From a virus (taxonomy: Duplodnaviria; Heunggongvirae; Uroviricota; Caudoviricetes): a stretch of 64,000 nucleotides of DNA. The position numbers and the translations under genes were made by a program. This document shows positions 39,372-49,392 of the stretch, in pieces. Every line of letters starts with the position of its first letter. Position 1 is the first letter of the stretch. Below the pieces are notes generated by a model that searched no databases, was not told the DNA's origin, and saw only the letters and a program-made list of their open reading frames with translations. The DNA lies in IMG/VR virus record IMGVR_UViG_2870083564_000004, positions 34,943-98,942 of that record, one strand, 5' to 3'.

Positions 39372-39798
39372 ATCAAATATGGGTATCCCCGCACGCATAG
39401 ATCGCAAGGCGGCATGGCCTTCGCGCCTCGCAGCCCTCTCCGAGAACGTCACGCCGTGGCGATACGACGGCAACGTTCTGGCTACGGATCTTTGACTTTG
39501 AGTGACTCCAATGGGGTGGATCAAATATCGTTTGTGGATCGATCTTCGCCGCTCGGAAGTCTAACAGGGGTCGGAACCTTCGTACGAAGACCGCGGCCGG
39601 AAGCGGCCAAGAACCGCCATTGAAAGATAGAATTTGACCAGCAGTGCTTTCTGTTTGCGGACATTCGTGCTGACCGCGTAGATGACCGCTGCAGGGGCGA
39701 GCGGGCACCACTCCAAGAGTGGGCGGCTTACCCCACCTTGGCAAGAGGAACCTTTCCGCTAAACTCTGCGGACCAACATCTCACAACGAGGGACGCAC

Positions 39799-41370
39799 AT
39801 GGCAGGGGCCCACAAGATCACACCGTCAAACCCACGACTTTCGTCGCTGCTCACCGACGTGGCGAGGGGGAACATCAAGATTCCCGTCTTCCAGCGTGAG
39901 TACGTCTGGGATGACGAGCAGATCATGAGCTTGCTCGACTCGATCTACCGAGGTTTCCCAGTTGGTTCGCTGCTACTTTGGTCCACCAAGGAGGCGCTCG
40001 AGCATGAGCGCAACGTAGGAGGCTTCGAGCTGCCGAAGACGCCGGAGGATTTCCCGGTCAACTATGTCCTCGACGGTCAGCAGCGTCTGACCACGCTCTA
40101 CGGTGTTTTCAACTCGGACGCGAAGACATCTGACCCGGAGCTGGCCGACCGGTTCAGCGTGTGCTTCGTGCCTTCCACCGAGGAGTTCATCCACTACGCT
40201 GAGGCTGATCCGAAAAGTTCGATCAACCTTCGTGTCATTCTCGACACGACGAAGCTCCTTCCCGAGATAACGCGCTTCGACGACGACATGAAGACGGTGA
40301 TTGCAAACCTCACCGAGCGCTTCAAGGACTACGAGTTCCCGGTCGTTACCATCAGGGATCGCACCAACCAAGAGGTCTGTCGCGTCTTCCAGCGCATCAA
40401 CTCGTCAGGGACGAGCCTCAGCACGCTCGAACTGCTTGCGGCCTGGACGTGGTCGGATCAGTTTGATCTCAGGAAGGAAATCGAGGGGGTTCTCGACAAG
40501 CTCGCGGACAAAGGGTACGACCAGCTTGATGAGGGGTTGCTCCTGCGCAGCCTCGCGGCTGTGGTGCTGAACAGTATCGACGCCGATGCTTTAGTCGATT
40601 TGCCGCCGGAGAACTTGATCGACGGCATGCTGCGTTTGAAGCAGGCAATCTACGCCACCGTGGATTTTCTGGAGAAGGAACTGCACATCAAGAACGTGGT
40701 CTTCATCCCGTTTCCAATCATGTTCGTTCCGCTTGTGAAATTCTTTTCCCTGACGCTGAAGCCTAACGCAGCACAACTGGCGGGACTCAAGCGCTGGTTC
40801 TGGTTTGTTGCCTTCACGCAGCGCTACAAGGCGGGTACCAATGTCGCTGTCATGGAAGATATCCGCGCGATGCACGACCTGGCGAACGGTGATCCGGTAT
40901 TCGACGCGATCGATGCTGAGGTTTCGCCCAGCCTCTTCATGAAGACGTGGCGGATCAATTCGACCGCGGCCAAGGCCACGATTTGTCTCCTTGCGCAGTA
41001 CGCGCCACGCAGCTTCCTTTCGAACAGTTTGGTAGACCTGAGCACGGCCATGTCCGCGTACAACGCGCGCGAGTTCCACCACGTCTATCCGAAGGCATTT
41101 CTGAACTCCCAGGGTATCAAGTTCAGCGAGTCCAACATCATCGCCAACGTCTGCTTCCTAAATCAGGCCGACAACCGCGCGATCAGCGACTCGTCACCCG
41201 CGGACTACATGCCCAAAATCGACACCGCGCGTCGCCCCTCGATTGCTGCTTCGTCACTGCTTCCGGTCGCCGCGATGGACGGTTCGATGACCTACGCTGA
41301 CTTCATCCAGATGCGCGCAGAGATGTTGGCAGTAGCCGCGCGCAAGCTCATCAAGACTGCGGCGGTTTGA
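39799..41370 (+). CDS. GmrSD-family type IV restriction endonuclease-like protein (DUF262 + DUF1524)
   Basis: N-terminal PVFQREYVW and DGQQRLT (DUF262 ParB-like NTPase), and C-terminal REFHHVYPKA...N (DUF1524 His-Me finger). Confidence 0.7.
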   Translation: MAGAHKITPSNPRLSSLLTDVARGNIKIPVFQREYVWDDEQIMSLLDSIYRGFPVGSLLLWSTKEALEHERNVGGFELPKTPEDFPVNYVLDGQQRLTTLYGVFNSDAKTSDPELADRFSVCFVPSTEEFIHYAEADPKSSINLRVILDTTKLLPEITRFDDDMKTVIANLTERFKDYEFPVVTIRDRTNQEVCRVFQRINSSGTSLSTLELLAAWTWSDQFDLRKEIEGVLDKLADKGYDQLDEGLLLRSLAAVVLNSIDADALVDLPPENLIDGMLRLKQAIYATVDFLEKELHIKNVVFIPFPIMFVPLVKFFSLTLKPNAAQLAGLKRWFWFVAFTQRYKAGTNVAVMEDIRAMHDLANGDPVFDAIDAEVSPSLFMKTWRINSTAAKATICLLAQYAPRSFLSNSLVDLSTAMSAYNAREFHHVYPKAFLNSQGIKFSESNIIANVCFLNQADNRAISDSSPADYMPKIDTARRPSIAASSLLPVAAMDGSMTYADFIQMRAEMLAVAARKLIKTAAV

Positions 41371-41681
41371 AGTCCGTCATTCGCCTGTTGCGGGGTTATC
41401 TCGCCGCGCTTGCGCGGGGGAGGCCCACGCTACTCGACGGACTTCCATCAACGCCGCGTCAGAGTTCGCGACAGCTATCGGCAGTAGAGCGACCGCAGAT
41501 GAGGTGGTAGGTGAAGGACTGCAATCGCAAGCAGAAATTGCCCAACGAAACCCGAATGGCTGTAATGGGTCGGTAACGGTCGAAACACGATTCACTACTC
41601 TTGAAGTGACGCTGACCGCAGCGGCCTCCTGCGCAACACTGGCACTGAAACGTCGCATCGGCGGCCCACCGAAAGCGCGTT

Positions 41682-42341
41682 TCACGCGGATTCCGCTATA
41701 CCGCTTATCAGCCCTGTCTCTTCAAAATATGCCGTAAGCCGCCCCACCGCTAGCGCCTCCACTTCTCGCAAGCGCTGCTCAATCTTTTGATATGCGCGCT
41801 TGTACGTCATATGGCTCGCGCCGAAGCTGCGTTCGAGGTCGCGGAAGCTGATCGTCGCCCGCGCGTGATTCGCATACAGCCGAGCGAGCAGGCAGTCGAG
41901 CGCGAGATTCGATATGCCGGGGAACGACGGCTGCAGCCAACGCGAAAGGCTCTGGATCGCTTCCGCACGCTCGGCGAGGAAGTAGTAGCGCTTCACGCCA
42001 TCGCCGTCCCGCGTGTCCCCCATTTGCCCAAAACGCGCGATCACCGCCCATCGCTCGACGTACATCAGCTTCGTGCGGACCGCGCTCACCACGGCGGCAC
42101 ATTGCGCCCGCACTTCCGCCATGTCCAGCCCGCTGAAATTCACGGTCGATTCGGCGGCCGAGCCGGTCAATTGCCCGAGCCACTTGCGCTGATCTTCCGA
42201 CAGTTCGGGCTCGAGCTCCATCGCCCGAATGAGCGCCGTTCGGAGCACGTTCTTCGCGCGTGGCTCGCTCGCCAGAATCAGAAACGACACGTGCAGCGCT
42301 TGGCGAGTGCTGTCGAAAATGAAATCCATCTGTTGTCTCAT
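41682..42341 (-). CDS. putative transcription regulator (C-terminal sigma-70 region-4-like HTH); candidate late-gene activator
   Basis: ISFRDLERSFGASHMTYKRAYQKIEQRL resembles a region-4/LuxR-type HTH. Its position is that expected for Q-like regulators. Confidence 0.3.
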   Translation of the reverse strand: MRQQMDFIFDSTRQALHVSFLILASEPRAKNVLRTALIRAMELEPELSEDQRKWLGQLTGSAAESTVNFSGLDMAEVRAQCAAVVSAVRTKLMYVERWAVIARFGQMGDTRDGDGVKRYYFLAERAEAIQSLSRWLQPSFPGISNLALDCLLARLYANHARATISFRDLERSFGASHMTYKRAYQKIEQRLREVEALAVGRLTAYFEETGLISGIAESA

Positions 42342-42598
42342 GGAAGAACGCGGAAAGGAATGCCCCAGTACATCAGCCAGTTGATCAGGACGGTGCGTAT
42401 CTCCTCGCTGCGCGGAAACCGCATTTCGATTTGTCCGTCTTCGAGCTCGGCGCCTTCGAGCGGGCAGCCGGGAAAGGCAATGAAGCGAGCGCCGGACGCC
42501 GCTTCATTGCGACGCACCGCCATCTTTGCCACGGGCTCCGCAATCTCACCCAAGTCGAAGTAGAGATAGGCGCTCAAGACATCCCCCGCACGTCCCAT
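42338..42598 (-). CDS. hypothetical protein
   Basis: 86-aa ORF in operon register. Confidence 0.3.
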   Translation of the reverse strand: MGRAGDVLSAYLYFDLGEIAEPVAKMAVRRNEAASGARFIAFPGCPLEGAELEDGQIEMRFPRSEEIRTVLINWLMYWGIPFRVLP

Positions 42599-42906
42599 GC
42601 GCTATCTCCGCTCTTGATGAATGCGCCGAGCACGCGCGAGTGCCGATTGCGATGCACGTATGCCTTCGTCCGGAAGACGCCCGGCTCCACCCACCGACCG
42701 TCGCACTGCGGGATGCGCGATCGGTACATCTCGGGAATAAACGCATCCACCTCGACGGCCGCGACCAACTGGCGCTTAACGGTTGCGATTCGAGCGATTC
42801 GAAATACTGTCGCGTCGATCTCACGCTTCCGCTCACAGACGATAATTCCGCCACGTCCGCGATGTCTCGGCACGCTATACGAGCCGTCGGGAATCTCAAC
42901 CCACAT
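42574..42906 (-). CDS. hypothetical protein
   Basis: Internal start MWVEIPDG shortly after the YbcO-like stop. Confidence 0.3.
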   Translation of the reverse strand: MWVEIPDGSYSVPRHRGRGGIIVCERKREIDATVFRIARIATVKRQLVAAVEVDAFIPEMYRSRIPQCDGRWVEPGVFRTKAYVHRNRHSRVLGAFIKSGDSAWDVRGMS

Positions 42907-42914
42907 CCTTACTG

Positions 42915-43331
42915 TCAATCTGCATCTCCCATCTTTCGAGCCCGTACCGGCTCCCATTCCATATATGCCCGGTCCCATGTTGCGACCTTCGTCACACGTG
43001 CCGCCGGGCCAAAGTCAAGCCAGTAATGGCAAGGCCCACATCCGGGCACGGTGTACTCGTGCTTTGCCTTGATACCGGCGCCCTTCCCATGCTTCGACTG
43101 GTTCGAGTGACAATCAACGACCGATTCATGCGACCACCCGACCGAGCAGCAGACGCCCGGCACGCGCAGATAGCATTCCTCGCCACGGCAGGCCGCCAAA
43201 TACTCTGAGCCCTCGGCGACCGTCGGCCGCTTGATCCGCGCCACGATCGCCTTCTGCCTCTTCAGCGTCACCGTTCGCGTCAGGCTGCTGAACGGCGAAT
43301 GCGGCTTCCGCTTGAATCCCGTTCGCTTCAT
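42915..43331 (-). CDS. YbcO-like nin-region protein (DUF1364)
   Basis: CRGEECYLRVPGVCC...HSNQSKHGKG matches the YbcO CQVRIPGVCN...H pattern. Confidence 0.55.
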   Translation of the reverse strand: MKRTGFKRKPHSPFSSLTRTVTLKRQKAIVARIKRPTVAEGSEYLAACRGEECYLRVPGVCCSVGWSHESVVDCHSNQSKHGKGAGIKAKHEYTVPGCGPCHYWLDFGPAARVTKVATWDRAYMEWEPVRARKMGDAD

Positions 43332-43702
43332 TGGCGCCGATCGCGTTGCGCAACGACCACGCAGGAACGAATCATCTTGTCCATGGCGAATGCCGCGTGC
43401 GCGATCGCCGCGTTGCGCTCTCGATGCTGTTCGGCTGCTCGCTTCAAAAAGCGCTCTTGCGGAGACTCGGTCGGCGGCGGAAGTTCCTTGAGCGCGCAGC
43501 GGTACGTAACGGGCCGCGAACCTTCGATCCGTTCAACGTACGTCTTGCCGAGGAGGTTTCGTATGCGTCCCTTCACCGTATCGGTGGTCATCGATGCTTC
43601 GTATCCGATCTGCTCGATCGTCAGCCCGCGGCGGCCTGCCTTCCGCTTCAAGCAATCACAGATCAGCCAGTTACCCGTGCTCAAGCTCACCGTCTTCTTC
43701 AC
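43328..43702 (-). CDS. putative winged-helix DNA-binding protein
   Basis: LTIEQIGYEASMTTDTVKGRIRNL is HTH-like; 124 aa. Confidence 0.3.
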   Translation of the reverse strand: MKKTVSLSTGNWLICDCLKRKAGRRGLTIEQIGYEASMTTDTVKGRIRNLLGKTYVERIEGSRPVTYRCALKELPPPTESPQERFLKRAAEQHRERNAAIAHAAFAMDKMIRSCVVVAQRDRRQ

Positions 43703-44250
43703 TCGACCTCCTGAATCGTGATGCCGTGCTCTCGGAGCATCAGCTTTCGTTTAATGACGTAGTCTTTGTTCTTCCGTGTCACCGCTGACTTCACGTCTTC
43801 AACCACAAACTCCCCCTCCGAATTGCGATAGGTAAAGTCGGCGACGTACTCGACCGCTCGCTCGATCGAACCGTCGGAGCGCTGCTGACGCGCGATCAGT
43901 TCAAACGCCACCTGACGCCGAAGACCGCTGATCAGCCCGACGTCTTGTTGCTTGATCAGCTCGAACCATCGCGAGCGCTCGCGCTTGCTGTCGAACTTGA
44001 TGCCGTCGTGCTCGCACTTGGTGTTGCGGTACTTCGAGCGCTTCGCCGTCATTACCGGCGTGAACAGCGGCCGGTCGAGGTCGCCGGACGCGATTTCGTC
44101 GAACTCAGAGTTCGGCTGCTTGCCCGTGCGGCGCGCCAGCTCGCGCTCGGCGAAGCTTCGGCCAATGGTCCGCTCGTCACGCACGCGTGCCGTGCCAACC
44201 ATCGCCGTTCCCTCGGGGACAACGAGCGGCCAAGAGGTGCGCTTCGTCAC
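43699..44250 (-). CDS. DUF1064 phage protein
   Basis: KYRNTKCEHDGIKFDSKRERSRWFEL...YVADFTY. GTG start overlaps the upstream stop. Confidence 0.55.
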   Translation of the reverse strand: MTKRTSWPLVVPEGTAMVGTARVRDERTIGRSFAERELARRTGKQPNSEFDEIASGDLDRPLFTPVMTAKRSKYRNTKCEHDGIKFDSKRERSRWFELIKQQDVGLISGLRRQVAFELIARQQRSDGSIERAVEYVADFTYRNSEGEFVVEDVKSAVTRKNKDYVIKRKLMLREHGITIQEVE

Positions 44251-45239
44251 GTCGCCTCCTGATCTCGCGGGATGTCGTTGAAGTACCGGTACAACTGCTC
44301 GTATGTCTCATTCCCGAAGCGGGCGGCCTCGCGCAGCATTTCCTCCATCGCCTCGCCGGGGCCGGCCGCCTTGACGACGCGCGCCTTGAAGCGCATGAAC
44401 ACTTCGCCGTCGCGCTGCTCGATACCGAGTTGCTTACCGCGGTCAGTGACGCCTTGTGCGCTCTTGTGCCAATCGGAAGGAACGTCCTGCCCGCTCGTCG
44501 CCGTGCCGTCCGGCTTCACCGGGAACAGCCCCGTCCAGCCGCGTAGCACCGCTTCGTCGATGCAGTCCGCCGGGGCATGCCCAAGCTCTCTCAGCTTCTC
44601 GAGGCGGCGCAGCGACACCTTCGCCGCCGGGCGCGTCCACGGCGCCGACTTCTCCGACGCCTTCGCCTCGCGGTGCTCGCACCAGTCGAGCCACGCGTCA
44701 ACGGGCAACCACTCGGGCAGTTCGATCGATCGCAGCTCGCCATGCAACGCAACTCGCGGCGCACGCCGCGCGGGTTGATGGTTCTCTGATGGTTCTATGA
44801 CGGTTCCTGATGATTCGGGTGCAAAAGCTTTGCACCCTTTAGTGCTGTGATTTGCACCCTTTATGTCGCCAGTTGCACCCTTTACGTCGTCGTTTGCACC
44901 CTTTCCATTGGGTGCATTTTTTGCACCCTTTGAACCCGACGAAATGGGCGCAAGTTCTGCACCGTTTATCCAGTCCGGATTGATTCGGTATTCGCGCGTG
45001 TTCCCACGCCCGCCCTTCGATTCGCTCACGAGAATCAGCCAGCCGGACTGCTGCATCCGGCGAAGCTGGTACTGCACCGCACGCGGCGATTGGCGCGTCT
45101 TCGCAGCCAGCTTGTCGACGCTCGGATAGATGTGTGTGCCGTCGTCGTGCGAATGGTCCGCGAGTGCCAGCGCGAGAATCATCTCGCCGCCGCCCTCGGG
45201 ATAGCGCTCGAACACCGCGCTCATAACCTTGACGCTCAT
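44247..45239 (-). CDS. replication initiator protein (lambda O-like architecture with internal iterons)
   Basis: N-terminal winged-helix domain (MSVKVMSAVFERYPEGG...QYQLRRMQQSGWL). The central linker (KGAKNAPNGKGANDDVKGATGDIKGANHSTKG) is encoded by the iteron array. RBS GGAG upstream. Confidence 0.6.
   Translation of the reverse strand: MSVKVMSAVFERYPEGGGEMILALALADHSHDDGTHIYPSVDKLAAKTRQSPRAVQYQLRRMQQSGWLILVSESKGGRGNTREYRINPDWINGAELAPISSGSKGAKNAPNGKGANDDVKGATGDIKGANHSTKGCKAFAPESSGTVIEPSENHQPARRAPRVALHGELRSIELPEWLPVDAWLDWCEHREAKASEKSAPWTRPAAKVSLRRLEKLRELGHAPADCIDEAVLRGWTGLFPVKPDGTATSGQDVPSDWHKSAQGVTDRGKQLGIEQRDGEVFMRFKARVVKAAGPGEAMEEMLREAARFGNETYEQLYRYFNDIPRDQEAT
44815..44935. repeat. iteron array (5 copies of TGCACCCTTT at 21-22-bp spacing plus GGGTGCAAAAGCTTTGCACCC palindrome); candidate origin of replication
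   Basis: Copies at about 44831, 44853, 44874, 44895 and 44922, with an inverted copy forming a perfect palindrome at about 44817-44838. Confidence 0.6.
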
Positions 45240-45392
45240 AGGCTCCTCAGTGCCCGCACGGCAGCTCGCCGCGAGCGTCAGTCTTTGCGCCACACGACAA
45301 ACACATGCGCTCGCTAGCCACGCGAGCCGTTACTGCGTCGGGCGTCATTTCGCCGGCGTGCGCCGGGCCTGCTTCTTGGACGTCGGCCGGAT

Positions 45393-45653
45393 TCAAGACG
45401 TCCTCCCGAGAGTCAAGCGATAGGCGCTCGGCTGGCCGGGCCGGCGCGTAACGCGCAGCACGCCGGCTTCCTCCAATGCGCGGAGGGCGGACGACACCGT
45501 GACGCGCGTAACGCTCGCAAACTCGGCAATGTCGTCGATTGACGGATCGCAATTCCCCTTCTCATCGGCCAACCGCGCCAGAAAGATCAGGATCACCTTG
45601 GCCGTCGGCGGGAGCTGCTCGCGCATAGCGCGGTTGAGGTACTCGAAACTCAT
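45393..45653 (-). CDS. helix-turn-helix DNA-binding protein (replication-region)
   Basis: IDDIAEFASVTRVTVSSALRALEEAG is a winged-helix HTH. ATGA overlap with the ParB-like stop. Confidence 0.5.
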   Translation of the reverse strand: MSFEYLNRAMREQLPPTAKVILIFLARLADEKGNCDPSIDDIAEFASVTRVTVSSALRALEEAGVLRVTRRPGQPSAYRLTLGRTS

Positions 45654-46471
45654 TCGGCGGCCTCCTGTGCGCTTTCCGCGTCATCGATGCCGAGCACCCA
45701 CCGCAGCGCCGCCAAGCGCTCGCCCGTCGCCTCCGTGAGCGCCGCCTCGATCTGCTTACGCGAGCGCACGCGTGCCGCCGTACCGCCGAGCACGGCCTTC
45801 TGCGCACGCGAACGCGCGTGCCCTTCCTTGCCTTCCGCCGCGTCGATCAGCGCCTGAACCTTCGCGCGTTGCTCGTCCGGAGGCAGCTTCGCGAGCTTCA
45901 GCGCGTGCGACACCGTGATCTGTTCCGCTTCGACGGCGTCGCGCACCGCCATGCAGCAGTCGAGCAACTTCAACGCGGCACGCACAGTCGGCACCTCGAC
46001 ACCGAACGCGACAGCGATTGCGTCCTCGGTATGGCCGACGTCGAGCATGCGGGCCATCTTCTCGGCCCGGTTGATCGGCGAGTCCTCTTCGCGGATCTCG
46101 TTCGTGCTGACCATCATTCCGACGAACGACTTGTCGCTGTCGCGCATGACGCGTTTCGGGATCGCCGGGATCGTGATCGGCTCTTCGCCGGTCTCGATCA
46201 GCAGGCGATTCAGTTCGCGCGCGTTGATCACGCGGCGGCGGCCGTCGATCACGAGGTTCTCGCCCGTCTCCGGGTCTTTGTAGAAGAGCACCGGCTCGAG
46301 CACGCCTTGCGCGCGGTAGTTCCGAACCGTCTTCGAGTTCGGCGCCTGATGTACGCGGCGGTCGTACAGCGGATGCTTCGGGTCCGTGACGAGCGTCAGC
46401 TTGTCCGGGTCCATCGAAAGGACGTTGCCCTTGCCTGATGCCCCGTAGACATCGATCGAGTTCTTTGCCAT
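45650..46471 (-). CDS. ParB-like nuclease domain protein
   Basis: VLFYKDPETGENLVIDGRRRVINARE is the ParB/Srx N-domain. Confidence 0.7.
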   Translation of the reverse strand: MAKNSIDVYGASGKGNVLSMDPDKLTLVTDPKHPLYDRRVHQAPNSKTVRNYRAQGVLEPVLFYKDPETGENLVIDGRRRVINARELNRLLIETGEEPITIPAIPKRVMRDSDKSFVGMMVSTNEIREEDSPINRAEKMARMLDVGHTEDAIAVAFGVEVPTVRAALKLLDCCMAVRDAVEAEQITVSHALKLAKLPPDEQRAKVQALIDAAEGKEGHARSRAQKAVLGGTAARVRSRKQIEAALTEATGERLAALRWVLGIDDAESAQEAAE

Positions 46472-46500
46472 CTCTGGTCCTCGCTAACTTGTGTGCGCAT

Positions 46501-47592
46501 TCAAGCGCTTTCGAAAATGAATGCTGGCTGCCGCAGACGATCGCGCTGCAGCAGCTCGTAATCGGGGTTGAGTTCGCAGCCGACGAATCGGCGACCAAGG
46601 CGCTGCGCAACCTGCCCGGTCGTGCCGCTGCCGAAGAATGGGTCGAAGACGACGTCGCCCGGTCGGCTGCCGGCCAGCACGCACGGCTCGACAAGCGCCT
46701 CCGGAAAAGTCGCAAAATGTGCAGCCGCATATGGTTGTGTGGCGATCGTCCAGACGCTGCGCTTCGTCCGCGTCTGCGCCATCGACTCGTCAGAATTGAC
46801 CCGCTGCGAGAAGTCGACGAGCCCGGCTTTCGTTCGGTGCTCATATGCGCCGTCGTGATACGCGGCCGTACCTTTGTACGCCTTGTTGCCAGGCAAGTTC
46901 GATCGACGACCCTTCTCACGACCTTCGCGGTGAAATGAGCCATGCGCGCCGGCGCCGGTATCCCAGCCGTCCGGCATCTTGGACGCATCGGGATTCCACG
47001 CAGACGGCTCGCGGATCGCCTCATGATCGAAGTAGTACCGCTCGCTCTTGCTGAGCAGGAACAGGTACTCGTGCGCCTTCGTGCAACGATCCCGCACGCT
47101 CTCGGGCATCGGGTTCGGCTTGTGCCAGATGATGTCCTGCCGGAGATACCAGCCGGCGTCCTGAAGCGCGAACGCGAGTCGCCACGGCTGCCCCATCAGG
47201 TCTTTCACCTTCAGGCCATCGACGCCCGCCTTCCGGTTGCTCAGGCAGACGTTCTCTTTCGCGCGAGTGCGTCCGGCGAACAGTTCGCCGCGCATTGGCG
47301 TTTGTCCGCCTGACGACGCGTAACTGTCACCCATGTTCAGCCAGAGCGTGCCGTCGTCGACGAGCAGCTCGCGCGCGAGGTCGAACACCTCGACGAGCGT
47401 GTCAATGAACTCACGCAGCGTCGGCTCGCTGCCGATCTCGCGATGCTTGTCCGGATGGCCGTCCGGTAGATACGAGCGGAGGCCCCAGTACGGCGGCGAC
47501 GTAACGATCGTCTGCACCTTCACGCCGTCGGCAATCATTGCGCGCATGAGGTCGCGACAGTCGCCGCGGTGGGATTTGTCGAGCCAGCTCAT
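46501..47592 (-). CDS. DNA methyltransferase, beta-class (N6A or N4C)
   Basis: TSPPY (motif IV) near the N-terminus and [11 protein letters not shown] (motif I) at the C-terminus. Confidence 0.75.
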   Translation of the reverse strand: MSWLDKSHRGDCRDLMRAMIADGVKVQTIVTSPPYWGLRSYLPDGHPDKHREIGSEPTLREFIDTLVEVFDLARELLVDDGTLWLNMGDSYASSGGQTPMRGELFAGRTRAKENVCLSNRKAGVDGLKVKDLMGQPWRLAFALQDAGWYLRQDIIWHKPNPMPESVRDRCTKAHEYLFLLSKSERYYFDHEAIREPSAWNPDASKMPDGWDTGAGAHGSFHREGREKGRRSNLPGNKAYKGTAAYHDGAYEHRTKAGLVDFSQRVNSDESMAQTRTKRSVWTIATQPYAAAHFATFPEALVEPCVLAGSRPGDVVFDPFFGSGTTGQVAQRLGRRFVGCELNPDYELLQRDRLRQPAFIFESA

Positions 47593-48821
47593 CCGATCAC
47601 CCCTCGACACGCTTCAATCCACGCGACCGCCGCTTCCGCGTTGATCGCGTTGCCGTAGGCGCGCAGTCGTCCCACTCGCGCGGGAGCCCCATGAGCCAGC
47701 GGCTGTGTGCCGGGTTCAACTGGCCGCCACTTTCCATCCCGGCAGAGGAGCCAGTCAGCATCTCGCCAGAAGCCGTTAGTCGGGCCGGCTGGCTCGATTC
47801 GCTCGAAGCCGTCAGGTAGGCCATCGCCGCTAGATCCGCTCCGTGCGAGCGCATCGCTTCGCGAATGCCGCCTTCCGTTGACCGCACGCCCTTGTCCGCG
47901 AGTGCCGCTGTCGGTGTCGGCCAACCCGCGAATTGCGCCACGTGATTCAGGCTCACCGCGACCTTGCGGCCGTCTGGTGTCTTGCCTGTCGAACTCAGCC
48001 CCTCGAACGATTGCGAGCCCATCGCGTTGCCCACCGTCGGGGTCGGCCACCCGGCAAGTTGAACTTGGTGATCGAGCGTCGTCACCGATTGCCCGCACGA
48101 CAGGCCCACTTTCCTCGCAAGCGCTTGCTCCGGCGTGCCGCCCGGTGCCGAGGCGTTCGGCGTGCCCCATCCGGCTAGCCAAGCCACTCGACCGAGCAGC
48201 GCGTTCAGCGGCACGTTCGCGCATTCCGCGCCGTCCTTGTGATCGCGCGTGGTTGGCGTAGGCCATCCAGTACGCGCGATCCCGGATGTGCGGAGCACCG
48301 ACGCCCGCAGACGGGAACGGGACACACCCATAGGCGTAGTCCAAGGCTTCCACGTCAGCTTGAACAAGGTCGATCCAAGGGTCGACAGCCGAGCTCGCAA
48401 CCTGCTCTCCAAGGATGATTGCAGGGCGGCGCTCGCCGATGAGCCAGTACCACGCAGGCCAGAGATGCCGCTCGTCATCAAACCCAAGTCCTTTGCCTGC
48501 CGCGCTGAAAGGTTGGCAAGGACAGGAACCGGTCCAAACAGGTCGATCGTCGGGCCATCCGGCGCGACGGAGCGCGTAGGACCAGACGCCGACGCCGGCG
48601 AAGAAATGGCACTGGGTGTAGCCGCGCAGGTCGTCGGGATGCACGTCGCGGATGTCGCGCTCGTCGACGTCGCCAGGCGCAATGTGACCGGCGGCGATGA
48701 GGTTTCGCAGCCATGCGGCGGCGACTGGATCGTGCTCGTTGTAGTAGGCGACACTCAAGCGCTCCCCACTACTCGGCCATACCGCGCAGCCGCGCGGAAA
48801 TATCGAGAAGCACCTGCGCAT
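47589..48821 (-). CDS. DNA cytosine-5 methyltransferase
   Basis: FAGVGV (motif I-like), PCQPFS (motif IV), GEQV (ENV-like) and GNAINAEAA (motif X). The start is uncertain and may overlap the 3' end of the CII-like gene. Confidence 0.6.
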   Translation of the reverse strand: MRRCFSIFPRGCAVWPSSGERLSVAYYNEHDPVAAAWLRNLIAAGHIAPGDVDERDIRDVHPDDLRGYTQCHFFAGVGVWSYALRRAGWPDDRPVWTGSCPCQPFSAAGKGLGFDDERHLWPAWYWLIGERRPAIILGEQVASSAVDPWIDLVQADVEALDYAYGCVPFPSAGVGAPHIRDRAYWMAYANHARSQGRRGMRERAAERAARSSGLASRMGHAERLGTGRHAGASACEESGPVVRAIGDDARSPSSTCRVADPDGGQRDGLAIVRGAEFDRQDTRRPQGRGEPESRGAIRGLADTDSGTRGQGRAVNGRRHSRSDALARSGSSGDGLPDGFERIEPAGPTNGFWRDADWLLCRDGKWRPVEPGTQPLAHGAPARVGRLRAYGNAINAEAAVAWIEACRGVIG

Positions 48822-49209
48822 GCTTGAAGATTCGGTGATCCACGCGCTCGATCTCGTGCCGCTCGACACGGCCGTCTTCGAGCGTCTTCACGATCTCCTG
48901 TCCGACGTCGCCGTGCGTGGACCACGCCTTGCCCATCAGTTCGACGATCGCGGCGTCGCAGCAGTCCACAGCGCTCGGCAACTTCACGAGCGCATAACCC
49001 CGCGCCGTAGCCCACGCTTCGAGCATCCGATCGTCGTCGGTCACGTCCGTCGCGCGAACCGCGTCAGCGAGCCCGAGGTGATGCGTAGCGTTGTTTGGGT
49101 TCACCTTGTTCCGCAGCACCGCCGCCGACATACCAAGACGCGGCGCGAGCGACTCACTGCCGCCCGGGTAATCGTGAACAACCGCGTATGCGGCGTCGAT
49201 GATGTTCAT
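48769..49209 (-). CDS. CII-like regulator (Phage_CP76 family)
   Basis: AAYAVVHDYPGGSESLAPRLGMSAAVLRNKVNPNNATHHL. Confidence 0.6.
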   Translation of the reverse strand: MNIIDAAYAVVHDYPGGSESLAPRLGMSAAVLRNKVNPNNATHHLGLADAVRATDVTDDDRMLEAWATARGYALVKLPSAVDCCDAAIVELMGKAWSTHGDVGQEIVKTLEDGRVERHEIERVDHRIFKHAQVLLDISARLRGMAE

Positions 49210-49392
49210 TCAATCCTCATCTGAACGTTGTTCGTCACGGTAAGGACTACTAAAGTGTGTCCCTATGACGTGAACGAAATTTCAACTTCCTCGACCACGC
49301 CATGCAGGCGCGATCTACTGCATTGGGCGAGGGTCCCGGACTTTCGTCTTAGAATTGGCAGCTCTCAAACAACCACTTCTCTACGGGCCCTC

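Noticed and set aside
47597-48754. 385-aa - strand ORF in an alternative frame of the C5-methyltransferase gene
   Set aside because: The C5-MTase motifs (PCQ, ENV-like, GN) are all in the 47589-48869 frame; the alternative frame is Ser/Thr/Arg-rich with no motifs.
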